NCBI GenBank assembly: GCA_016748015.1
Contig: JAAOMT010000200.1
Location: forward strand, 556,984 to 620,983
Origin: Geosiphon pyriformis uo1
Taxonomy: Eukaryota > Fungi > Glomeromycota
Direction of reading: 5' to 3'
DNA: 64,000 nt
Positions 1 to 13,890 of the stretch are shown piece by piece. Made by a program: the position numbers and the translations under genes. Every line of letters starts with the position of its first letter. Positions within the stretch are counted from its first letter, which is position 1. The notes under the pieces were generated by a model that worked only from the letters and a program-made list of their open reading frames with translations, did not search any database and had not been told where the DNA came from.

Positions 1-129
1 ACTAACAAAATTTGAAGCTGCAATTCTGGCTAACTTTTTTTTAGCACTGAAACCATTCATAGTAGCAGTTAATTTGAAACCAAAAAAGATTTAGTATTTG
101 AGAAATAGTAAAATATACAACAATAAAAC

Positions 130-910
130 AAAAAAAACTTTTTTCAAATTTCTGATTTTTTTTGAAAATTGGAATGAAGGAAAAAAAAATTTTTTTTTGA
201 TTAATTTAATAATAAAAATATATTTAATAATTTAATGATGATTTAAAACTTTTAAATTTTTTTATTAAAAATATTAAAAAATTATTTATTTGTAATTAAA
301 TAAGTTTATTAAAAACATTAATATTTTAAATTAATGTATTAACAAAATAAAAACACAAAATTTGTTTTTTTTTGTTTAATTTTAAGTATTTTAATTAGTT
401 TAAATGTTTTATTTTAGTATAATCTAAAATTATGTATATAATTGTGTTATATAAATAGTTTTTAGTTAAATTATACTTTTAAACATAATTTAATCTACTG
501 AATTGTTTTTGTTGAACAATAAAAAAATCAAAAATATATTTTTTTTAATTAAATATATATATTTTTATTTTAATATATAAATTATTTTATTTGTAATTAT
601 AAATTTATATTTTTTTATATTGAATATATTTTAAAAATTTTATTATTATTAATAATTATTTAATGTTATTATAAATATGTTTATTTAAAAAAATTTGTTT
701 TTTAAATGTATTAAATAAAATAATTACAAATAATATTATAAATTGGTTATATTAATTAATTATTAATTTGATTTTAAATTTGAATTTTTTGAATTTTATT
801 ATATTACATTTTTTAAAATTATTTATATTGTTGTTGTTTTTTTAACCTTATAATAAATAATATTTTGTATTCATTATTGATGTATATATGAATCATTATA
901 AAAAAAATTG
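130..910. repeat. Extremely AT-rich tract, probably a fully eroded transposon relic
   Basis: Almost no G or C, no simple periodicity; same texture as 13890-14520, which is readable as LINE ORF1. Confidence 0.45.
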
Positions 911-1426
911 CATAATTGTAACTGATTTTAGATTTGTGGAGCTTTCACAACGGCTAATTCGTTAGGATTAAATATTTTTATTGATCGTCTTAGATCAAGA
1001 AACAATGTTACACAAATCGACTGAAAACAGTAAAACATCGGCGTATCTTGTTTCAACAGTATGTTGCTCAATTTTTTGCTTCGGACACAACCTTTTGATT
1101 TAGCGCTTGAACAGTTTTTGAAGAGTTAAGATTGTCTTGCTCTCAAGGTATTTCTTCAAATTTATTATCTGCTCAGCCTTCCGATCTTTGAGTCCTTTTT
1201 GGCTTATCCAACTTTTTTCAGTAGAGGCTTTGTATTTTTATTTGAATCATAGAAGCTGATGGTAAAGTATATTTTTACTGTATAGCGTTTGCAAGTGAGG
1301 CTTTAACTACGCCTCAAATTATCTCTTTATTTTGACTGCCCACTTTTACCTGGGAAAAATTGCGATTTAATATTTTATTGGTGCAAACAGGATAACTCAA
1401 GATTCGGAGAGGGTAGCAGCAGGGTG

Positions 1427-2515
1427 ATGAGCCGAAATGGGCGAAAGACTAGTGACTCAACACATGACGAAATATCAGTTAGAAGGAGGACAAGGAGCTC
1501 TTCACGACCTGAAGACCTCATTGGTAGGTTAATCCTTGGCTTAAAGAAACCTGGCTTTCTCGTTTTTACCATTTTATGCGTAGAAGCGCGAAACACTTAG
1601 TTTTCTACTCATATACAATGCAATGATTTCCTATATATGATAAATTAATAAAAAAATTTAGATCTTGCGCTTCATCGAAATCCCCTTAGGATGAAACGGA
1701 GGAGAACCGATGCCGAAGAGACGCCATTAGGTAGATTTTCATTTTTGCGCATAACATAAATTTTTATTAGCCACAATCGGCATGGTCTCAGTTTGCCTTT
1801 ACCTCATGCTTTGATATCACCACTGTAAAATACTTTGTTGAAAGATCCAGTTGTTGAATCATCACGGAATGCTCAAGCAACTCCAATTATTTTACCCCCT
1901 CTACCCCCTTTGTCCATTCCCCCCATATATTCAACGACGGCAAATGTGACTTCACCAGGGCCTTCATCGATATTACCACCAATCGATTTGTCACGGGAGG
2001 ATGATAGAAGTGGTGGTGGTATAACATTGCCCCCTATTCGCTCTTTCTTATCCCTTGATCTCTCATCTTTCGCCAATAGTGATACTCCTATTGTTGTTGA
2101 AGCTGAAGATATCATCGATTTGACTAACACCCCTGACACCAATGTTACCACAAACCCACCCGAAAATCGATCATCTAGTCCTGTAGTAGTTGATCTTACT
2201 TCAATACCAAGTCCCCCTACTTCCAAGTCTTCCTCACTGAAACGCGAGGTTATAGTGATTGAAGACGATCCTAGTTTCGATGAAGATCTCCCTCCTCAGC
2301 CATCAAAGCTGCCTCCACCACCCAAAGCTGTCGGTCTAGAATTAAAATGTGCCATTTGCTTAGAACCACCATCCGAAGTTGCTGCTACGAGTTGTGGACA
2401 TATCTTTTGTCGTAATTGTATCACACAGGCGGTGCGAGCTCAAAAAATGTGTTCTCTCTGTCGAACACCACTTACTCGCCGACAAATCAGGCGCCTGGAA
2501 TTTAAAGTGGTGTGA
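1427..2515 (+). CDS. SUMO-targeted ubiquitin ligase-like RING finger protein (RNF4/Slx8/Rfp type); exons 1427-1523, 1662-1730, 1845-2515
   Basis: C-terminal C3HC4 RING (CAIC...CGHIFCRNC...CSLC); SIM-like motifs IVVEAEDIIDLT, VVVDLT, VIVIEDD; two phase-1 GT-AG introns join MSRNGRK... in frame to ORF 1835-2515. Confidence 0.85.
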
Positions 2516-2994
2516 AAGTAAAATGGCATGTTAAGATAACTTTGGACTATGAGTTTGCAACGAACATGCAGGTATGGTATTTCACCAGCTGACCATGTTG
2601 TAATGGTCAAATATCATTATTCTTCACGCGTTGCTATGACAATGTGAGCATAGTTACCAATGAATTTCGATTTCTACGGGCACTACGACATACTCTCAAC
2701 AAGGAGGTTAAAACCTCGGACTTTCCTTACGATTAAAATATTCTCGTAAAATAAATCCTCACCAAAAACGTATTATTACGTCATATTGGCATCAGCATAA
2801 TCACTTGTATTTTCCCCCATATGAATTCTATGATAAATATAGTACAGCTCTACTTGAATAAGTCGAATAAAAATACAGTAAGAGGTACAGTATGAACGAC
2901 TATTATTGTTATTAATATAAAGATAATTTATTGCATTTCATCCAAAATCGGGTTGGGTTCTTTAATGTGGGTTGCTGAATGGGCCAAGGGGAGT

Positions 2995-5900
2995 CTAAAA
3001 AACTCGTACGACATCATCCATTATGAAGTCAAGTTCCTGGAGGGTGTTACGCAAAATCCATATGTTTTTTAAGGTTTGTAAAAAAACCAAATGCAAAATC
3101 ATGATAATCCAAATAAGCTTACCGTTTCTAAATCATTCAACTCTTTATTGACATTGGCAAAGACAAATTTTATTTCATCTCGGAATTCTGCAGGATTGAT
3201 TTGCTCAAGTACTTTTTCAGGATCATCATACATGCGCCAGCCACTGCGACGACGTTCTTTTTGTTCGAGCATACTAACGCCGGAACGGACAAGTATCAAT
3301 AATTCCTGTAATCCAAAATCATCAGAAAAGACCCAATCATTTTCTGTTGACGAGGTAGCTGATGAAGCCGACCCAGGAGTAAAAATGGGTTGAGTAGAAG
3401 TGGGCAACGAGTTTGGGATATTGATTGTATTACTAGAGTTTGTCGAAGTTATAGATGGAGATCTGTTTCGATTTGTGATGTTTTTTGTCTCAAAGTTAGG
3501 GGAGGTGCTACGTTGTGTTTGGGAATTTAGATTCATCATTTTGAGAGAATTCGGCTTTGAAGGTGATGATCCTAGATTGGAATCTATTTCATTTTGATTA
3601 AAAAGTGGTTCGATCGCACCAAGATGTGAAATGGGGGTTGGGTTGAGGGTGTTATTTGGAAGGTCATTGTTCACTTGAGAATCTTTTTCTTGTTCATCAT
3701 CCAGCAATTGAGGAATAGGACTTGATGCAGCTGAAGTCAGCTCCAGCTGATTTCGCAAAGCTGAAGTAATACTCTGTACCGCACCGTTTCCTCCAAACTG
3801 ACCTGCTTTCACCTTGCGTAAAACACGCCCAATTCTATCATCCATTGCTTGATTCACAGTTTCGTTATTGGTTCCAGCATTATCTACGATGACCTCCAAA
3901 ATGTCCGTGTCCCTAGTACTTAAACGTTTTTCTTTCTTGCTGGTCATCAAAGGTGCCATATCAAGAGTATTTGCCTCATCATCGTATACTTCAGCTGGAA
4001 TTATATTTAACATAGGGATAGGTTGCATACTCTCAGTATTTCCTTCAGTCAAATCGTCACCCCAAATATCTTCAATAATATCGCTGATATCAATTTCCTC
4101 CCCTTGTTTTGGAATAAAAGAATAGCGAACTTTTGTGCCAAATATTCGTGAACTACGTATTGAGCCAACGCTAGTGATGATGTCGACCCCTTTTTCAGCA
4201 TTTTTGTGTGCCGATAAAATAGATCGCTGCTTAGCACGAATATATTCTCGTTGTTGCTCGATGAGTTTTTTCCTAGATAAAGCTTTTTCTTCACTCGATT
4301 CAATTTGATCTAATGGTTGATTATTGATTTCGTATGTTTCCTCGACGTTTTGCTGGGGATTGGTTTGTGTATCAATTTTTGGTAATGGATACCTTTGGTG
4401 ATCATCAAGATTAGAGAGTCGAAGAACAAACATAGGCTCTTCGAGATGGTAATCTGGTCCAAGTGAGTTTGCAGATTCTAACGAATCAATCGACAAATGT
4501 TGAAAATTAGGCGGCGATGGATAAACTGCGATTAATTGAGTAAGCGGGTCCAAATGCTTCTCTAAAATGACAAATTCAAAACCGTTATAAAACTTTCTCA
4601 CCAATTAACGAGGAAATAAGTAACAACTTACCTTCACCCTCAACAATCATCATCAGATGGTACCTAAGCCTTTCATCATCATTTTCACTGATAACCTCAC
4701 CATTGTCCACAATGCCATTGGCGATTCCAAATTTATCTAGGGCTTTTTCAATAACATCCCCAACAGTAGCCCGTCCATCAATTAATAAGACCTTTGCTTT
4801 GGGTTTTCCCTCTTCGCCTGGTGATCGTCGTCTTGCCGCTTTATCTGCTAAATGTTTTGGCACTGACATAGAAGTCCTTGGCACTGATATTCCCTTCCTA
4901 AGATGAAGGGGTAAATCGTCGGCATAAACTAAAACATGCACGCGCAGACGCTTTTCGCCAAACGTACGGCTTCCGCGTCTTGAAGTTTTCCTATTCAAAA
5001 AGAAGCGCACCTCATTTCTTTCAGTGTGCTCATTGATTCCGGATTCTTTGATGGCTGTATGGTTAGAAATACTCGATAAATTTGAAGAGATAGATGATAC
5101 TGAGTTACGTCTTATTGTAGGTAATGGTATGGTTGCCGATGAATTTAGTGAGTTAAAGATATCGAGTGGGTGATCATGTGGCATTAAATTAATCGTTTCT
5201 ATTTAGATAATCATAGATTATGAGTTTCACATTATTACACCAGAAATTCAAATATAATATATATGACAGCATACCTCCTTCACTTGTTTTTATACTGATA
5301 TAATAATCGTCCCAATGTTCTTGAACACCCAATTTGAACCGCGTTAGCGATTGTCGGATGAGATCCCTCGATGTGGTAGAATTGCTTAATAAGATAATTT
5401 TGGACTCAATACTAGTTTGAAAATTTTGTCCTGCAAAAATGCGAACCACACTAATCAATGGTAACAATGATTCAGCGTGTGCAAAAGATGTTGTATGTGT
5501 TTCGGTGTTAGGAATATGTGACGTAGTATTTAGTGGATGGAGATTTTGTTGATGGTCAGAAGTTTTATGTAAATCCTCTCGAGAAGGTGAGTCCAACCTT
5601 TCTGACGTTTGTTGAGCTGAGATTGGAGTGTTTATTTGCGCATTAGATTCGATTTTGATAGGAGATGGTTGAGGTGCCGGTTGTTGTGGGTGTATCTGTC
5701 CCGATATTCCTTGTGGTGAGGGCTGGGTGTTTGGCTGAACCGAGTTTTTACTCGAATATTGTTGTGTTTGTGCTTGGGGTTCATTTGATCCTGTATGACT
5801 AGTTTTGACATTTGTAGATACATTGATGGATCCTGCCGATTTTGACTCCTCTTTTTTACTTTTTCCTTTTTTTATGGAAAAAAATTTCTTGAATCTTCCT

Positions 5901-7352
5901 TGAGTTTTTTCTTTTTTCTTCCCTTTTTTATCTTCAACAGCCTCGGAAGGCAAATACTTATTATGATCTTCTAACGAGACTCGCTTTTTACCTTCCTTGA
6001 CACCTAAACTTGAGAATTTACTGGCTTTAGGGGATTCCCAGTCATCATCCTCATCTGACATGTCAATGAAGTCACTACGCAAAGAAGGGGTAATAGTGAT
6101 TTTTTTTGTCTCATTTGACTTTGATTTAAAAGGGTCTGCTTCTGGGCCCACTATAACAGGCCCACCAACGTACTGTTGATTCTTATTAACTGGCTGGGAA
6201 GATTGGGTTGGTAGGTTAGATGAGTTATTAGACTCAATCCCAATTGAATTGTTCAAATTTTCTTTAATGCTTTGGCCCTCAGCATGATCTTGTTGAGGTT
6301 CTTCGAAACTTTGCGTTTCTACAAACTCGTCTTCCCTCAGTTGATCTTCTGAAGCTTGAGCTTCCATTGATCTACGAGATTCTTCTGATCTCCGAGGATC
6401 ATCTGTTTTTATGGATTTTTCTTCTTGAATTCTTTCGGAATTGTCTATGATTGTATAAGGAGCCAGCTCATTAATTACTTGATTTTCCCCCGTTTCTTCT
6501 TCATTTTGATTATTTTGCTCATCCGCTTCTACTGGAAATTCCTCTTCAAAATCTTCTTCCTCTGACATTTCAACGAAAAAAACAGGTGATGTAAAATTCA
6601 CTGTTTTCAAAGGTCCATCATTTTTTTTAGTTTTCAATCCCTCTGGAGGTAAGTCACCATTATTTATGGAAGAAGATAACTGATGATATTATCAATATTA
6701 ATATCAGTATAAACCAATCCAAAGAAATCATTTAGCAAATTTAATATAATCACTATTTAATGATGATCTTACATTAACGTTTCTATGTTTGTTTAATCTT
6801 GCCAACCGTTCATATGGCGTCTGCAAAATTAGTTGAAATGGAAAGTTGTAGAAAAGGCAAAAATAATTTAATGATACTTGGCAACTTGCTGCGAGTATAC
6901 CTTATTATCATGTTCTCCATGTTCCTAGTTTTTACCTCAATGTTTTCGGCCGGGATGTACCCAACCTTTTTGTCCTTCAGGACTTCAACTAACCACCAAT
7001 AGCTATTGCCATCATCCAGTAATTTTAACGCCTCGCCCTTCTCAACACTTGCTTGCCCTTCCACACTTGCCCCAAACGTATGGAAGGCATATACAAGATT
7101 AAAATCAATGTCTTCGTCAGGAACGTCGGGTGAGGGTGATAATTCATCTTCTTCAGTTTCCAGCTCTTCAATAACATCGCCATCAAAGGCTGTTTTCGAC
7201 AAAGACTTTTGGATCCCTGTTTAAGAAAAACGGAAAATGTATAAGATGCCATAGTGCAAACGGTCAAGCGGGAGGAATTATACAAGTAAATGTGAAAACT
7301 TGCCTCGAGCAGCTGCAGCGGTATCTATGGATAAGTTAGTTTCTCGAGCCAT
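2995..7352 (-). CDS. Tea4/Bud14-like polarity protein and PP1 regulator (SH3, RVxF, two Ras-association-like domains), multi-exon
   Basis: SH3 (VYAFHTF...GNSYWWLV...GYIPAENIE) spliced to TPYERLARLNKHRN; KTVNF PP1-docking motif; RA-like blocks VVRIFAG... and AKVLLIDGRATVGDVIEKALDKF; splice sites join ORFs 6810-7202, 5189-6637, 4585-5184, 3099-4604; last exon ELDFIMDDVVRVF*. Confidence 0.85.
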
Positions 7353-7787
7353 GTTTTACACAAAACAAAAGACGGTTGAATAGCATAAAAAATTGTGCTA
7401 TTTGGGATGTTTATCTGATTAGGGGACGAAAAGGAGTGAAGGAGTATAAAGTCTGGCTACTTTGGTTGAGAAGTAAAACTTTGTAATTTCCCTTTAAATG
7501 CTATGTGGCGTTGGATTTTATTCAATATGAAAAGTACACAATTTTATTTTGTCCTACAATGAAGACAGGTTGACAGAAGGCGATCAGCCACCTGTAACTT
7601 AGTATTTATATCACTTAACTTTTTGAGATCTCTTTTAAGTACATCAAAATTCTATTTTCTTATTAGTATTCAAGCTAAGCTTTTGTCTGGTATGTCTTCT
7701 TATTGTTGCCAACTTTACGATTTCAACTCTTTTTAGGTGCCCTTTGTTCCTTATCCATATTTAATTAACGTTTGTTAACTCTAAGAA
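7353..7787. promoter_or_regulatory. Probable bidirectional promoter region between divergent genes
   Basis: 435 bp between divergent ATGs at 7352(-) and 7788(+). Confidence 0.55.
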
Positions 7788-9297
7788 ATGGGAAAGAAAA
7801 AGAAGAAAGTCAACGTCCGTCCTTGGTGCTGGTAATGTCAGGCCTTTTTTGAATTCAACACTTCATCACTGGGCCAACACTCACAGGTTTCTGCTTTAGG
7901 TACTGCGAGCGCGACTTTGAGGATGAAAAAGTATTGATTCAACATCAGAAAGCCAAACACTTTAAATGTCCCCACTGTAGCAAAAAACTTAACACAGCCG
8001 GAGGCATGGTCGTTCACGTAGCACAAGTACACAAAGAAACTATAAATATGTAAGCAAAAAAGGGCATTTATTGAAATGCGAGTTGCAATACGGTTTTGAT
8101 CTGTTTATTTCTCCTCCATAGCTAAAAGCTGACATAATAAATTTGAAATCAAAAAGGCTAGTGCTTAATTTGATTCTGATTCTCGGAAATCAAACTTTCT
8201 AATTTGGACTTCTTTTACTTAATAATAGAGTTCCAAATGCCTTGCCAGGAAGAGAATCGGCCGATGTGGAAATCTTTGGAATGGAAGGGATTCCACCAGC
8301 TGATCTTATAGCCCACCAGGAAGCTTTAGATGGTGAAGGTCGAGCCAACAAAAAACATAAAACTGATGACGATGAATTTTCGCTCGAAGAAATAAAAAAA
8401 CAATTTGCTCAGCACCAAGCGATGATGCAAAGCACCCCAGCAAATATTCCTTACAATTATTCTGCTTACAATACTTCCCAGATGCCTTCTTTAATGCCGC
8501 ATCAATATAGTCAATTTTATCAAAGGCCTGGGGTACCACCGAATCAAACAATCCAACAGGGATATCCCTATCGAACAAAGTAATTTTTGCGATTACAAAA
8601 GCCTTGTCAAATTCAAATGTCTAAACAAAATTCTGTCTTTTACTCTTAGTGTAATATCTGGACAAACACAATCATCTGCAAACGGCCAGACCCCAATTTG
8701 GCGCCCATCTTTACCTGGGGTCTCCCAGGCAGCCGCGTTATCACCATACGGGAGTACTCAACCTTCATTCACTTCACAGAATAGTCAAACAACTCCTTTC
8801 GCTGGGCCACAATCATTTCCCATACGACCAAGTTCCACTCTAAATCCACAATCTCAAGTTTACTCAACAACTCCCCAGCCATCCAATTCAGCGAATTCCG
8901 ATCATTCCTATAATATTTTTAGCAATGCCAATATAGCTACGTCATTACAATATCCAGCATTAGGTGCCAATTCCAGCTTAGCTCAAGGAACCCAAGTTTC
9001 AACTATGTCTGAGAGCTTATTAGATTTACAAACGAATCAGATGAATTTAACGAAAAAACCTATTTCTACGGTTCTTGTATACAGTGATAACGAAGTATCG
9101 CCAGTAAGTAAATCAAAAGTTTTAGCTGCCTTATACCTTTTTTATGGCTTTGTGGAAAAAAATTTTGTACATTTCAGGAAGAAAAAAGGGCCGCTCTTGA
9201 AAAATATCGATATAATGAAGATGATATTAAAACTCTGGTGCAGGCTCTCGATCTCTCTATAGAATCTCGAATTGCAAACTTAAAAGGAAGAGTGTGA
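7788..9297 (+). CDS. ZNF207/BuGZ-like zinc finger protein, multi-exon
   Basis: Spliced N-terminus [56 protein letters not shown], then [22 protein letters not shown], a P/Q/S-rich middle and C-terminal [10 protein letters not shown]|[10 protein letters not shown]; GT-AG introns; TGA at 9295-9297. Confidence 0.9.
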
Positions 9298-10031
9298 TGG
9301 ACAACAGCAAAAATTCGCTTATGGAGACGATACGTTCAAGGATGTCTTCAACCATAGATTTTGTTTTTAAAGACTTCTGTGTGGGACAATTTCTGGTAAG
9401 GAAATAAAACTGGTAAGAGTCAAGAAAATGAGGATTTTATGTTTTGCCGTTTTTTTCGATGCCACGTAAGATCCCAGTGAAGGACTGTTTTCTTAAAATC
9501 GCGCTAAAGCCACCGTTTTTGAGGCTCCTTTATCTGTGGGTTTACTTGGCAATCATTGATGCGAAACGGCAATTAATCGAGGTGGTTTGTAACTTTTATT
9601 TTTTGAAAAATGTGCCTGCTATTCAAAAATAACCACCTAATATTGTTCTAAAGACAGTCAGTTACCTAGCAGTAAATAAGATTGACAGTGTATGGCAGGT
9701 TAGTTATAAAAGGTAGGGAAGGATGTGTACTTAATATTTAGTTTGATAGAATATAGCATTGGTGATTGGAAATGAAATTTTCTCCTCATTTTTATATATG
9801 CAGGCGAGTCATTATGATATTCATTCTGAACTGTTAAGAATTTCTTACTAAAACCTCAAACATACTTACAATTATAATAAATGTTACTCTTAAAAAAAAA
9901 GAGAACTGATGATTTGTTGAAAATTATTTGTCTTGATTTATAATTATAACAGCAGCAAATTTCTTTATTACTAATTTTTTTACTACTAATTTTTTTACCA
10001 GATTTGTTTTGTTAACTTTAAATATAACAAA

Positions 10032-10670
10032 TTTTTTTTTTGTTCATTTTATGAGTGAGACCCAAAAGTCACTTAGCATAATACATCAAACTAAGTGATT
10101 TAAACTAGGTGCAAATTATGCATTTTCTATACATGACCAGTCATTCGGATCAATCAGAGCAACACTATAAATCTATTTTAATAGATATTGCACTCTTAGT
10201 ACCAGAAAAAAAACTGCAAGACTTATGAAATTTAAACTTGACAGCATTATTAAAAAGTAAAGACAACATACCATAAATCTTAAAAAGTACTAAATTATTG
10301 TGTAAGATCAGGTTTTTCTTTTTTATAACTATTTTGTATTTAGCTTTTATCATTTATATCTTAGTTTGGTAAGCCATTTTTAAACTTCACACCAAATTGA
10401 CCATCTTATTGTTGGCAATTTTGACATTATTAAAAAAGAACACAGTTTTTGAATATTATTTCTTAAACATAAAGTTTTTACACAAAGCAATATACATAGT
10501 ATTGTCAGAAATATACAAAAAAAGCATTTGCAAAATATGAAATGATGGCAAGTTTAAATTTAATATGGTATCTTATTAAATTAAACATGACTTAAGCAGA
10601 CTTTTATAAGTATTAAAGTTAAATAGATACACAAAAGAGTGGTCGGAAGTTTTTATCTTTTCATAATAAA
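10032..10670 (-). mobile_element. LINE 3'-end fragment (ORF2 C-terminus, 3'UTR, poly(A))
   Basis: T-run at 10032-10041; ORF 10165-10353 (KFKFHKSCSFFSG..ISIKI) resembles the ORF2 C-terminus at 14660-14860. Confidence 0.65.
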
Positions 10671-10679
10671 GGCACATAA

Positions 10680-11130
10680 TAATTAAATTATGTTTTAATA
10701 CATATTTTTATTTAATTAACAAATAATATTATTTAATTTAAAAATTAAATTATTGTTATTATAATTAAAATAATAATTTTTTATTAAAATTATTATATTT
10801 ATTATTATTATTATTACTAAATTTTATATTTTTAATTTAATTATAAGTTAATTTTGTATTTTTGCTTTTTAAAATATATATAAAAACATAAATTTTTTAA
10901 TTATTATTTTTAAATATTATAATAATAATTTAATATATAAACTAAATTATTTTACAAAATTTTTTATTTGTAAATTATTTTTATTTTTATATAAATATAT
11001 TATTTTGTTTTTAAAATTTTTTATTTAAAATTTAATACTTATTTATAATTTTGATATAATATGTCTATAATAAAATTAGTCTATTATATTAAATAATAAT
11101 TTTTTTATTTATTATTATTTATAAGTATAA
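10680..11130. repeat. Extremely AT-rich tract between LINE fragments
   Basis: Nearly GC-free, non-periodic. Confidence 0.45.
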
Positions 11131-13890
11131 TCAAAACTAAGAACTTTAGCTAAATGTAATTTATGTTTTTATTACATATAACCAATTATTTAGACCAATT
11201 AAAGCAATACTAAACTTCTATATAAACCATTAATTTATCATTCAGATTAGAAAAAACAAACAGAATTTACAAAAACCAAAATTAACTCCAAAAGACTCAT
11301 TAATACCAAGCAAATAAACTATTTCATCAAATAAATCTAATACTAAATCATAAAACACAACTGGCACCATCTCAAAATTACTGACTAAACTATTTTTTTT
11401 CATATTTGTCTTGTATTTAGACTTGAATTTCCATAAATCAAAACAATGTTATTTATTCAAATCATATATAAAATTAACCAGAATTTGGACAGCCTTTTTA
11501 CAATCTTTAAACATTTTTATAGCCTTATTATACTAATCTATAAGCATAAAGTCTTTACAAAAGAGTACATACAAACCAATATTAGACAAACAAAAAAAAA
11601 GATTTTACAATTACAGAATACAAAACCTAGTTAAAAACTTTCAAAACAAGATTTAATTAATTAAAATTATCTTACAAGAATAAAATTTCTTGAAATAAGT
11701 AAATACATGATTAGAAAATTTAATCTCTTTATACTATAAACATAAAACACTTAGATATTTTTTGTTATAAAGTTTTTTCCTAATAATAACAAACAGTTTC
11801 TTATAAACAGCTTTTATAAAATATGTACACAAACCAATTGAAGTTTTACTTATTAAACTCAATAGCATATGTGAATCTAGATGTTAAATTACAGTAATTC
11901 AAACCCAATTAATTTTGTAAAATAAAAAAACATCTAAAATTCTAGAATCAGGTCTATGCTTTCAATAAACATAATCTATTAATTTATATATATTTCAGAC
12001 AAAGTGATGAATCTTATTAGACACTAACAAATTATTAGCTATAATAAAGTGTTTATTTATATTACTAAGCAACAACAGAAAAAAATGGCCAGCTTTCTTT
12101 GTCAAAACATTTGCATATATATTACCCAAGATGTTTGAATGTTTTTTAACTTTTAACCAAATCATTAAAAAATTTTTGTCACTAATTAAATTCACAATAT
12201 GTTTCCTTTCCATTTAACAATAGTTATGAAAATGAGAATTAAACATACTTAATTCTAAGATGTACACATTTATGGCTGTTTAACTGTCTAAGTACATAAC
12301 TATAATACAAAAAAGCAGTACATATTTTAAAGCAAGAACAATAGTCTGCAATTTGGCTATTGTCAATAACAGCAATTTATTGATTCTGATACCAAGACCC
12401 AAAACAACTTTCAATAAATATGCAGCAGTTTTACCAGTTATCACAAAAAAACCTAGTCTTTTTAAAGATCTATCTATATAAATATTAAACTCATTTAACC
12501 AGATTTTAAGAAGATAATCTCTTAAAGCTAAAAACTAATTAGACAACAAAACACTACTGTATTTTGGGATAGAGCTTAAATTAAAAAATGCTAATGCAAG
12601 CTTGATATTATACAAAAATTTAAAGACCAAAACAAATTATAAAGACATTGGTCTTTTAAGATCTAACCTTTTCCAATAATAGAATGTTTTCTAATCTATA
12701 ACTTTACTTTTTTTATTTAAAAATTTGTTACAAAAGACCACATTAAATCTCTTTAAGAAACCAATTCTTTTATAATACAATAAAATACTTAAGACACTTA
12801 ACATAAGAAATCTGCCAAAACTGCAGAATACACAAGATAAATTATTTGCTAAAAAAAGACTATTAGCAATAAAAATATGAACCACACAAGCCAAAAAATT
12901 GTTGAAAGGACTAATGCACAATCTTATAAAATACTATAAGGAATTCAAAAAGGCCCAGCTTAAAATCTGCAGATTCAAAAATCTGTTCTTAAAAAGCTAA
13001 CCAAAAATTCCAAAAGCATTTGCAAAAATCACAACAGAAGCAATCTTTCTTTTTATTTGAATTTGTTTAAATGTCTTTAGATTATATAAAAAAAGATAAT
13101 ATAATGCTTTACTTAAAAAATTTTAGAACAGTTTAGTCTTTAGCTTAAAACTTCTTCTGATTAAAACATCTTATTAATGATATACCACAGAAAAAATAAA
13201 GCTGAATTGCAAATAATAGCTAATAATAAGTTACAGAACCACTAAAACCAAATACAAAAACTGCTTATTCAAAATAGTTTTTTTTAATACCATATTAAAA
13301 AAAAATCTAACATCAAATTAAGTTTTGGCTAAACTAGGCTTGAACATTTTATTAGTAAACAAAAAAATTTCCAAATACTTGTATAATATACTGTTCTTGG
13401 CAATTATGATAAGCAATTCACTAATTTTCAAAGAAGTATTCTTGACTTTTCTATTAATAAAAATAGCCATAGTCTTGTCATTATTAATCATAATATTATT
13501 GATTAAAAAAAATTCATTAACAATACTTAAAATATAATGAATAACAGCTTGGCTACTTTTAATCCAAATAGTATTATCAACAAAAGCACCAGCCACAAAA
13601 AATAAAGTTATTTCTTTCATGCTTTTTATTTTCTCTGTTTTGACCACAAATTTGATATTAATCTAGTATTTATACAGATGTTTTTGTTTCTTAACTTCAT
13701 ACAAAAAAGAGTCATAGAAAATTCTTCAAAGAAAAGAAAAAAATATTTCATCTTGATTAAGTTTATTATACATCTTATAATTATTTGTAAAACCAAAATC
13801 TGTCATAATTTTATTTAATTTATTTTTATAAATATTACCAAAAAAATTGATAAATCTTTTACATATCTTAATTTGTTGCAAACTTATTCT
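11130..13890 (-). mobile_element. Degenerate LINE ORF2 3' half (RT C-terminal part, RNase H, C-terminus)
   Basis: FFVAGAFVDNTIW (RT), WLKVKKHSNILGN (RNase H), CISPFNNFLA; collinear with the copy at 14526-21335; many stops. Confidence 0.85.

Noticed and set aside
1873-7285. Antisense and alternative-frame ORFs overlapping the host genes (e.g. 1873-2226, 3091-3393, 7006-7224)
   Set aside because: Shadows of real exons with no motifs of their own.
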